DNA from: Octopus bimaculoides
Lineage: Eukaryota
Reading direction: 5' to 3'
NCBI RefSeq assembly: GCF_001194135.2
Contig: NC_068990.1
Span: forward strand, 22,170,104-22,203,084
Length of the DNA: 32,981 nucleotides
This document shows, one piece after another, positions 22,885-32,770 of this stretch (positions within the stretch are counted from its first letter, which is position 1; each line of letters begins with the position of its first letter). The translations under genes were made by a program, and so were the position numbers. The notes under the pieces were generated by a model that had not been told where the DNA came from, ran no database searches, and was given only the letters and a program-made list of their open reading frames with translations.

Positions 22885-23500
22885 TTAATAATTATATACA
22901 TAATTATAACAAGCGATCGACTATAAGCCACCCCATGCGCTAGAAAAATAGACGCCAAAGGACGCTATTACCACCTTAAAATCTCCGAAAAATGAAACAT
23001 GGTTTGTAGTCGGGCAAAAGAAAGATAATGAATTAAACTTTTGGCAAACCGTGTACAAGATCCTGTTTCAAGCTTATGGTAAAAAACAAATATATACATA
23101 CCCACTACTCTCATCAGCAACGTTACTCCATAGCATATATTTGCGAGTATCTACACATACGTGTACGACTAGCAACTTCTTACAACAATATATATACACA
23201 CTCGTAGAAATATACATTAAAGTAGCATTCTCATCTCTCTTTTCATCAACTTGTTGTGTATCAAGACAAACTGTGCAGTGAATGCAGATTTGGTCGAAGA
23301 GTAAATCTTTCAAATATTAATTTTAATAAAGGGTAAAAATCATTAATGATTTTAGCGAGGAGTCAGCGCGGAAATAAAGACCTTATAAATAAATTTTATG
23401 AATATTTTAATAATTATATACATTATAACAAGCGATTGGCTATATGACCCTCCACGCGCTAGAAAAATAGATGCCAAACGACGCTATTACCACCTTTAAA
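22885..23500. repeat. About 95-bp direct repeat (22885-22981 and 23407-23500)
   Basis: Aligned by eye at roughly 85-90% identity, e.g. GCGCTAGAAAAATAGA(C/T)GCCAAA(G/C)GACGCTATTACCACC. Confidence 0.9.
23047..23124 (-). ncRNA. Type I hammerhead ribozyme motif, long stem II, G10.1-U11.1 wobble
   Basis: Minus strand AACGTTG-CTGATGA-GAG...CTT-GAAAC-AGGATCTT-GTA-CACGGTT. Confidence 0.6.
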
Positions 23501-23868
23501 ACGAACTCGCTGCTCGTATACGTATCTACCTTTTCATCAACTGTGAAATTAAATTGTTCTCCTTTTTTTCAGTATGTTACTAATTGCTCCAACCAGTCAA
23601 ACGAATTGTTCTCAATCTGAGTCCATATGGCCCTTAGAATCCATCTAAACCTAGGGGGTCCATATAAAATGTTCTAGTTAAAATTTATGTGAAAGGAATT
23701 GGTTTTATTGCTACAATAGACAAGATATTTTAACAATCTTTTAAAATAATTCTTAATGATATTTGATTATAAAAATATGATAGGGTTTTTTCAGCATCGA
23801 ATGATTATGAGAGACCATCCATGTAAAATAGGAATTAAAATGAACCATAAGAAAAGAAAAAGAGTGAG

Positions 23869-24083
23869 AAGGTGGCGAACTGGCAGAAACGTTAGCACAC
23901 CGGACGAAATGCTTAGCGGTGTTTCGTCTATTTTTACTTTCTGAGTTCAGATTCCGGCGAAGTCTACTTTGCCTTTTACCATTTCGCGGTCGATAAATTA
24001 AGTACCACTTGCGTACTGAGGTCGATCTAATCCACTGGCCACCTCCCCCAAAGTTTTGGGCCTTTTTCCCTAGAGTAGAAAAG
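23869..24083 (+). mobile_element. SINE family A, full length
   Basis: GGTGGCGAACTGGCAGAAACGTTAGC head, GAGTTCAGATTCC B-box, TAGAGTAGAAAAG tail. Confidence 0.9.
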
Positions 24084-24286
24084 GGTAATAAGATTGGGAT
24101 ATTATGAAAACAGAAAACTGCTATAGTTAAAGCATCAAAAACAAATAGTGTAAGAAATTAACACAGAATTCTAGCATTATTACATAAATAGACCTTTCTT
24201 TATTTCATAAATAGTTTATTACGAATCTTCCAACGCCGTTGATCTCTATAGAATATTTCAAATTGTAAGTGTGGTTTTCTTGCCCT

Positions 24287-24295
24287 GTGTATGTA

Positions 24296-24391
<96 letters not shown>

Positions 24392-24395
24392 CATA
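24287..24395. repeat. (CATA)n(TA)n(TG)n SSR
   Basis: Direct reading. Confidence 0.95.
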
Positions 24396-24787
24396 TATGG
24401 GTACAGGACGTCACCAACAGTAAACAACAGGAAATACGAAAACAAATGAATTAAATACACAAACAACGAGAGAAAAAATGGAAAACAGGACAAGTAACAC
24501 AAAGAACAACTCATCATCAATTGTTGGCTGTCTATCTGCTCTTCATTTCGAGCGACGAATGAGAATGAGTCTTCGAAGACAGTTGCTCCCATAAATACCA
24601 AACTAAAATTTTGGATTTATGGAGGGTCAAATTTGGGAACAAATTCAGGACAGTGGAGACAAACAGGGAAATCCAACGAAAACAAGCATGGAGGGTCGTT
24701 AGACCAGAACGCGAGCAAAATAGCGAACGCTGGAGAAATATTTTCTTTGACAAGAGAAAAGATAGAAGAGAAAGATGGAAGACGTCC
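24396..24787. mobile_element. Microsatellite-anchored interspersed repeat, probably a Penelope-like pLTR derivative
   Basis: Strongly strand-biased unit between an SSR and a gap, with GACGTC near both ends. Only scattered hammerhead-like words are present (TTGATGA, GCTCGAAA). The class is inferred. Confidence 0.4.
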
Positions 24788-25218
24788 NNNNNNNNNNNNN
24801 NNNNNNNNNNNNNNNNNNNNNNNNNNNNNNNNNNNNNNNNNNNNNNNNNNNNNNNNNNNNNNNNNNNNNNNNNNNNNNNNNNNNNNNNNNNNNNNNNNNN
24901 NNNNNNNNNNNNNNNNNNNNNNNNNNNNNNNNNNNNNNNNNNNNNNNNNNNNNNNNNNNNNNNNNNNNNNNNNNNNNNNNNNNNNNNNNNNNNNNNNNNN
25001 NNNNNNNNNNNNNNNNNNNNNNNNNNNNNNNNNNNNNNNNNNNNNNNNNNNNNNNNNNNNNNNNNNNNNNNNNNNNNNNNNNNNNNNNNNNNNNNNNNNN
25101 NNNNNNGAATTAGCTCCAAGAAGCCATCACCTCTAGCTAGCTATGTGACACACGAAACCTGTGTCCTTTATAACCTTCGAACAGGGGAGGTCAGCAGTGT
25201 CCCCCTGCTGGTTTGGCA

Positions 25219-25260
25219 TCTGCAGACTAGTTTCAGGGTGTTGCCCCTTGTCAATGCAGA
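25219..25260 (-). ncRNA. Minimal type I hammerhead, decayed, at the apex of a 142-nt hairpin (25170-25311)
   Basis: Minus strand TCTGCA-TTGACAA-GGGG-CAACA-CCCT-GAAAC-TA-GTC-TGCAGA: perfect 6-bp stem I and three transitions from a canonical core. Confidence 0.7.
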
Positions 25261-27757
25261 GCAGCCAAGCCCTAGCCAGGCGGCGCTGCTGACTATCTGC
25301 TCGAAGGTTATTTATCTAATTTCAGTGGAATCTATCCACTGGTTTTCAGAAATAGAGTTATTAATATTTCTAAGTCTCTCTAAAGGAGACTACGGCAGCG
25401 GTACTGGAAATTAATAGTTATCGCCAACCAACATGGCAGTCCCAAAATTAGGAATTCTTGTATTTGTTTTGTTGCTTTGTATATATATCTATATTTTATC
25501 TATCTTTTTACAAACCAACTCATACTTAGGTGTCGTTTTCACATTTGGTAGCTTATATGCGTTTATCTGTTTATTCTCGCCATCCTCCAGGTTTTAACAA
25601 AATTACAAGAGTCACATTTCTAAGCTGTTCTGACCTGTCAAACAATATAGTCGTGTACACTGAAGTGAAACACATTGCTGGTTGTGCATGTTAAAGTAAA
25701 TGAGATTAAACGTCAATCAAACATGTAGGGTTCATGTCTAATTTTGATAAGAAGAACAAAGACGCATAAGCACATTGTTATGGCCAACTTAATGTAAAAG
25801 ATTCTGTCAGTTAGAAATCATAACAAATTATATTTCATCAATGTCGTGCATTTACAATTCCTCTTCAGCGTACAATCAAATTAAAGATATTGAAAAATCA
25901 AATGAAATATTAAGAGAGAGAGAGAAAAAGGGAAGGAGATTGGAGGAGAGAAAAGAAAGTTAATTCAATATTTTAAATATAATAGTTCGATTCTAACAAA
26001 AAATAAAAGATAGATTCCCTTCTAACATTCAATCAACGCTAGATGTCAGCAGTTGCTGCTGTTCATTTCCCTCGCCATTTTGTTTTTATCATTTTTCGTA
26101 CAGATTTCGTCGAATTTTGCCAATTATCTCTAAAAGATTCGCTATCCATCAGATATGGCTTACAGCACATGTCATATCATTCACTCAGAAATGCCTAAAC
26201 TATTCATTTATCAAAGCTTCCTGTACTATAGGTTCTAATTTATTTATTTATTGTCTACAGAATAAATGCTTATTCAGTATTGATATTTCAAGTTTTACCT
26301 TCTGACATTCTTGCCTTTTTATCAATGTGAAATATTGAAAAACCTTTCAAATGTTGAAAAAAATAATATTTTTTTGGAAAGAGGAAGAAAAAAAAAAGAA
26401 AAGACAAAACATAGAGATTAAATTATATTGGAAGGTAGAAACCATTTTGGAGTTGCAGACGTTTGAAAGAAAATAAGTGAAATAAAAGAAAGAGAAAAAA
26501 AGGGTCATTGACAAACATAAACTAATTGACAGCTTGCTATTGTCCCGAGAAAAAGCCATTATCAAATTGATAAAAGTGGCATACTCGTTCAGACACTTTT
26601 GGTTTATATGGAAAATATTTTTCCATTTGAGTAACATATAAAATCGCATTTGCTCGACAAAAGTTAGATTCTCTCATGTTAATGAACCCAAGAAACTATT
26701 CAAATTCTATGTTGTTTCTCATATTCCCGCTAACACTTCCTTATAATTCTTTCAGTTTATTCTATTCTTCCTCGGTTTTAACATCGTCTGCTTTATTCTG
26801 TCTTTTTTCATCCGTTTTCTAGTTTCATATGCTTCTTTCGTGTATGAATTAATGTTGCCAAATATTTTACTTGCTTTCGTTTCACTTGCTATTTTATTCT
26901 CTAATACAATTTATTTCATTCAAATTCGTTGTTCTCACTTTGGCGGGTGCATTTGCTAACAGCACTCTCTTTTCTCTAAACGAAACAAGCCTAATCTCTT
27001 ATTCTATCCAAACGTGTCAATGTCGAAAGTACTCTTCAATAAAGTTAATGAACGAAAGCAAACAACTGTAAACATTTGGTGTGTTGTTGGTCGGTTGGCT
27101 GGCTGGTTGGATATTGTGTGCGTGTGTATGTGTCTATGTTTATGTACATGCGGCCGTGTTTCTGTCTGTATGTGTTTGCTTACGAGCATGTGTAAAAGAG
27201 AGCTGTCAGCTAAGCATGCGCCTGTCAAAGCTGATACTGGACAAGGAAAACATACCCACCTGCTGACCCTCTCTTTGTTCTTCAAGGGGAATAATACAAA
27301 CGACAAAAAGCCGTACAATATTTTACCGGATGATAATATCAACGAAATTTTTACTAGTGCTCACAAGCTTTTATCCAAATTTTCGCCTGGTTGAAAATTT
27401 CCTTTAACGGATTCTTTTCGGTGGATTAACTTTGAGTGAGGCATTGCGCTATCGTGCAATTTTTTCATCAATGCGATATTGTGCCTTTAAATTTCCAGTG
27501 ACACCTCGTCACAAAAGCCAACTATAGTGTTTTCGGCTAACATTTCACACTTTTTAAAATTTTCTGCATGAATAAACACCGAAACAAATGTAGCTTGTCC
27601 GTTCATCCCCCGGCATGTAACAACAATGCTGAAAGATATTCCGAGGTAGAAGCAAGGTAGTGGAGTGAGGTACAGAAGGTAGGTAGAGACGGTAGCAAAA
27701 AGTTAGAAGGGCCATGGAAGTAAAAACAGAAAAAATAGCAAAATATAAGCAAACGTC

Positions 27758-28020
27758 CTTTTTATCTCTTACTTGTTTTAGTTATTAGACTGCGGCCATA
27801 CTGGGGCACGATCTTGAAGAATTTAGTCAAACAAATCTATCTACTTATCATTCTCATGATTAAGTCTTATTACGTATTCTATCGGTTCCTTTATACTGAA
27901 ACAGTAACATAGGAACTTATGGAAACGTAAACAAGCCAACACCGGTTTCCAAGGTGTGATAGGAGCGTTAAATGCAAACACAACAAACAAGCAGACCTAC
28001 ATAAACACACACACACACGC
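27758..28020 (-). mobile_element. SINE family B, 3' half
   Basis: Plus-strand CTTACTTGTTTTAGTTATTAGACTGCGGCCATACTGGGGCAC is the reverse complement of the family B tail. Confidence 0.75.
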
Positions 28021-28089
28021 AAACATGTGTACATGAATTCGTAGATATGCATATGTGCATGACTGCTTGTCTTTTGATCGTTTGCCTGG

Positions 28090-28585
28090 TGCAGAGGTTT
28101 TAGGCCGTTTTTCAAGTCAAACTCTTAGATCCAAGCACCCAATGAAGCAGGTGGCCTGTGGCGGATCAGCACCTTATTAACCGGGGGATGCCCAGCTTGA
28201 GGTAGGCAGTAGCTAACCAATGGAATATGAGGGTCCCTCCCACCGTCAGAGGTAACCCGTAGCGCCCATATCCTACGCCGTGTTTTTTCTGCTACTTTTT
28301 ACAGCAGCACTGCAGTGCCCTCTCCAGTTTTGCGTGGGCCTGGGCTAAATATAAGAAAATCCTGGGTAGCCCAATCGTCAAGATTTCTCTCTCGACCTTG
28401 CTGATGTAGTCCAAAGGAGTGCAGAGCATTACGTTTGGCACCAGTTTTGGTTGCAGGAGCTGCCGGCAGAGTGTCGAGTCGATCAATAAACCGCCTTCGG
28501 GGTTCCACTCCGGATTTCTTTGAAGGTTGTCTCCTTTCCGTAACCCTGGATAGGGGCCCATGCCAGGTACTGTCCGAATGCACAA
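28090..28585. mobile_element. GC-rich repeat fragment, possibly a LINE (RTE-like) 5' region
   Basis: Abrupt GC-rich island ending at a gap with no recognisable protein motif. The LINE call is from memory only. Confidence 0.35.
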
Positions 28586-28760
28586 NNNNNNNNNNNNNNN
28601 NNNNNNNNNNNNNNNNNNNNNNNNNNNNNNNNNNNNNNNNNNNNNNNNNNNNNNNNNNNNNNNNNNNNNNNNNNNNNNNNNNNNNNNNNNNNNNNNNNNN
28701 NNNNNNNNNNNNNNNNNNNNNNNNNNNNNNNNNNNNNNNNNNGGGAGGGAGAGAGAGAGG

Positions 28761-29085
28761 AGACCCCTATGGTCATGAATGACCATGGGATTGCACCTAG
28801 AAGGTTACACGCCGAGGCACAAGTCTGGGCAAGGTTGTTTGTGGTTGGCCAGCAGTCGCCCATGCATACCAGCCTCCCCTCTCCACACCGCCAGTGTTAT
28901 CCAAGGGAAAGGCAAAGGCCGATACAGCTTGGCACTTGTGACATCGCAACTCATTTCTACAGTTGAGTGAACTGGAGCAACGTGGAATAAAGGGTCTTGC
29001 TCAAGAACACAACACACAGCCTGGTCCGGGAATCGAACTCATAACCGCACGATCGTAAGCTCGATGCTCTAACCACTGCGGCCAT
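28761..29085 (-). mobile_element. tRNA-derived SINE family D (CORE-like central domain)
   Basis: Minus strand TGGCCGCAGTGGTTAGAGC A-box, GAGTTCGATTCC B-box, CTTGAGCAAGACCCTTTATTCCACGTTGCTCCAGTTCACTCAACTGTAGAAATGAG central domain. Confidence 0.85.
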
Positions 29086-29503
29086 ACTGGAACATCACCT
29101 TGAAGGTTTTAGTAGAACAAATCGACTCCAGGACATATTTGTTAATCCTATTGCTTTTTTAATCGGTCTCTCTATGCCGAACCACTACATTACGGCGACG
29201 TTAACACGCCAATGACGGTTGACACTTGTCAACCGTCAAGTTGACACTTGACAAACGCAAACTGAAAGACACACACACATAGATACACAGAGAAACGCAC
29301 GCACACACACACACGCACACACATACACACACATACACACACACATACATATATATGACAAATTCTTTTAGTGTCCGTCTACCAAATCCACTCACATGGC
29401 TTTGGCCGACCCGAGGCTATAGTAGAAGACACTTGCCGAAGGTTCCACGCAGTGGGACTGAACCCAAACTATATGGTTGGGAAACAAGCTTCTTCCAACA
29501 CAC
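29076..29503 (-). mobile_element. SINE family B with internal (CA)n, tail fused to the family D head
   Basis: Minus-strand head GGGTTCAGTCCCACTGCGTGGAACCTTCGGCAAGTGTCTTCTACTATAGCCTCGGG; the 3' part matches 17330-17500. Confidence 0.85.
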
Positions 29504-29720
29504 ACATATGTATGTATGTATGTATGTATGTAGGTTTACTCGTTCAAGATGCATGTGACAAAAAAGCCTCCGAATATCTTCAAATAACATAAACTTGGAA
29601 GAATGGTATTTACGCGGCAAAGCTGTTGTAAATATCTTACAACTAATATATTCTGCACTCTAATATTTCTCTGTCGAATCAGCAATATATGATATGTGTA
29701 ATATAGTGCGAATGTTTAAA

Positions 29721-29917
29721 GACGTAAACTGGCAGAATCGTTTCCGAGCGAGCAAAACGCTTAGTAGCGTATCTTCTGCCTATATTCCCTGAGTTCATTT
29801 CATATTCCGCTGACTTTATGGTTTTATACTTTCGGTATCGTTAAGCAATGGGGTCGATATAATCGATTTACCACTTATCCCGAAATTGCTGTCTTTGTAC
29901 CAAAATTTGAAACCAGT
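29721..29917 (+). mobile_element. SINE family A, old copy
   Basis: ACTGGCAGAATCGTT head; GGGGTCGATATAATCGATT body. Confidence 0.7.
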
Positions 29918-29980
29918 ATCTTGAGAATTTAGTGTTTATATAAAGAAATCATATTCATAGCTATTGAGTTTGTCAAATAA

Positions 29981-30155
29981 ATTCTTTTCTACTCTAGGTA
30001 CAATGCCCGAAATTTTTGAGGAGGGGCCAGTCGATTAGATCAACTCCAGTACACAACTGGTACTTAATTTATCGACTCCGAAAGGATGAAAGGTAAAGTC
30101 GACCTCGGCGGAATTTGAACTGAGAACGTAAAAACTGACGCTAAGCAGTTTGTCA
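29981..30155 (-). mobile_element. SINE family A, 5'-truncated
   Basis: Well-preserved body and tail. Confidence 0.88.
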
Positions 30156-30859
30156 GAAAAAATTGTTCGTTCGTTCTTTTTTTTTTTTATTCCATGACCC
30201 TCCATTGTCATGTAACTGATAAGAGGTAGAATGTATTCAAATTTTAGAAACGATATACACATTTCGTGGAAGAATAGAATTACAAAAAGAAAGAAATTGA
30301 AAACTACCATAAAAGAAATATTGTTTGAGTTAATGGAAGTAACATTAAAAAGATTAAAATAAATAACAAAAGAAAAAAATACGAATTTATCTGTCATGCT
30401 AATATTTTATTTTAGTCGAACTTTGTGAAATACAAATTCAGTTGTCTCTAATTAATGTTGCTTCATAAATAGACTTTCCAATAATTAACGAAAAATAATC
30501 ATGAGGTGAAACAGTCAAAATTAGTTACTGAAATTTATTGAAATAATATAGGTCCTTGGTATTCTTGTAAACCAAAAGTTAACAATCTCTTCATATTGAA
30601 ATTCACTCCATATTGTTGTGATATATTATAACTGTTTCGACTGTTTCGACAATAATAATTCAAATAAGCGGAACAACTGAGATCATTTATTTGCATTAAG
30701 GGTTTTCGTTTACAAAATTCTCTTTTCTTTCCTTTCGTTGTTCTTTTTTTCTTTTTTTTTTTAATGCGGAATATTAGTGAGGTCGTTGAAAAAAAAAACT
30801 GGGAAGTGTGTTGCATTGAAATAGCTTTATTTCAGCACTGCTGCTAATTTCGGAATGCA

Positions 30860-31010
30860 CGCCATTTTCAACACACACATACAGAAACACACAAACATAC
30901 ACGAACGCTCACGCTCACACACACACACACACGCGCGCGCGCACGCGCACACACAGAGTCAAACACACAAACACACACACAAGCACATACATACACAACA
31001 CATACGTGTC
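30860..31010. repeat. Degenerate (CA)n/(CG)n SSR
   Basis: Direct reading. Confidence 0.9.
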
Positions 31011-31888
31011 TCCTTCCTTCTATCTACTGCCCACACGTGACCCGTGACTAATTTTCTCATCTCTGACTTTTCGCCACCGGACGTTTAGCCTGTCCGTCAA
31101 CATTTTCTCCTCTCTTACTATTCCTATTTTTATATCCATCGAAAATTTCTTCCCAGGCGTTACCCATCACTCTCATGTTTGGCCGCAAAGCTGTATTTAT
31201 TCTGTCTTCGTCTATTCTTTCAAACTACATTTGTTTACTTTCCTACGTCCACCCTGTACTGTCTGCTTTGCTCAATCCCTAATTCTGCGCAAATCTTGCG
31301 GGTGCTGTCGATATACGAAGTTCTCAGTCTTATCGTTAAAGGCATGAAACTGAGTATTAGTAATTTTGGTCAGTAACTGATGAAGAATTAGGGCCCTTCT
31401 GTGTCTGTCCTACGTATCCGTTTTGTAGTATTAAATGCATTTTTCATTTATTGAGCAACTGTACGCCACGCATCCCGACTTTTGTTAACAGTATATATAT
31501 ATATATATATATATATATNNNNNNNNNNNNNNNNNNNNNNNNNNNNNNNNNNNNNNNNNNNNNNNNNNNNNNNNNNNNNNNNNNNNNNNNNNNNNNNNNN
31601 NNNNNNNNNNNNNNNNNNNNNNNNNNNNNNNNNNNNNNNNNNNNNNNNNNNNNNNNNNNNNNNNNNNNNNNNNNNNNNNNNNNNNNNNNNNNNNNNNNNN
31701 NNNNNNNNNNNNNNNNNNNNNNNNNNNNNNNNNNNNNNNNNNNNNNNNNNNNNNNNNNNNNNNNNNNNNNNNNNNNNNNNNNNNNNNNNNNNNNNNNNNN
31801 NNNNNNNNNNNNNNNNNNNNNNNNNNNNNNNNNNNNNNNNNNNNNNNNNNNNNNNNNNNNNNNNNNATGTATATATATATATATATAT

Positions 31889-32105
31889 ATCGCGTGTGCA
31901 TCGTTGGCGATTTTCTTTCTCCGTCTTCCCTTCTTTGGACATTTTCTATATTTCTGAAGAAGAGCTCCGCTCGAAACGTGAGATACTCTTTCTTTTCTTT
32001 TCTTTCCTGAGCGTCCAATAACACTGTACTTATTCCACGTCCACGCGTTGTTGTTTTTTTTTGTGCTTTTTCGTGTTTTTCTTGCTTGTTCAAGTTTGAA
32101 TCGTA
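31889..32105 (+). mobile_element. Short (TA)n-embedded non-autonomous element carrying a hammerhead motif (Penelope-like pLTR type)
   Basis: About 215-bp pyrimidine-rich unit bounded by (TA)n on both sides, containing CTGAAGA-A-GAGC-TCC-GCTC-GAAACGT. Confidence 0.65.
31949..31985 (+). ncRNA. Minimal type I hammerhead motif with non-permissive GUG site
   Basis: TATTT-CTGAAGA-A-GAGC-TCC-GCTC-GAAAC-GT-G-AGATA: 5-bp stem I (one G-U pair), 4-bp stem II, ACGT palindromic stem III. Confidence 0.7.
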
Positions 32106-32502
32106 TATATATATGAAAGCCCGTCGCATGGCCGTTAGGATGTTGTGTTCGTCGCATGCGTAGAACCTTGGCCAAGCGACTTCTGGAATGGACCAAGATC
32201 GTCCGAGTGGATACATATGTAGACACACATACACACCTGGTGCGTCCCCCAAGTTTCGTAAGAAATACAATAAAATCTTGATCGATTCAGACAGCAGTGG
32301 AAGTTTAAATTTTACAACGAAGTGTAAGGAAGACAAGGCACAATATATTTGCATTTATCATTTCTTGTCTTTGACATATTATAGAGACCACAAAATGTTC
32401 AATCGTTGTTATCCATGTATATAGCTATTTCACATTTATTCTGAATTCGTTAGGCGAACACCAAAGGCTCTCAGATAACTGAGACTATCATTTGACTAAA
32501 GG

Positions 32503-32546
<44 letters not shown>

Positions 32547-32552
32547 GTATCG

Positions 32553-32674
32553 TTTTAGGTTTGACTTTTGATTTACATTTGTACAAGATGTTTCCAAGTC
32601 TCACCCAGAGACATCAAGTTAGAAGTTCACGTTGGTGTACTTCTGACTTGTCTCTTGATGTCTCTGGGTGAGAC
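32553..32674. mobile_element. Short insertion in an (ATT)n array with a fold-back (21-bp perfect inverted repeat); probable truncated LINE 3' end
   Basis: 32598-32618 is the exact reverse complement of 32654-32674. ATT arrays lie at 32505-32546 and 32675-32766. Confidence 0.6.
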
Positions 32675-32696
32675 ATTATTATTAGTAGTAGTATTG

Positions 32697-32766
<70 letters not shown>

Positions 32767-32770
<4 letters not shown>

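Noticed and set aside
31341-31400. Type II hammerhead arrangement GAAAC-TGA-GTA...CTGATGA
   Set aside because: Stem II cannot form and stem I has several mismatches. It is kept only as a half-motif in the module finding.
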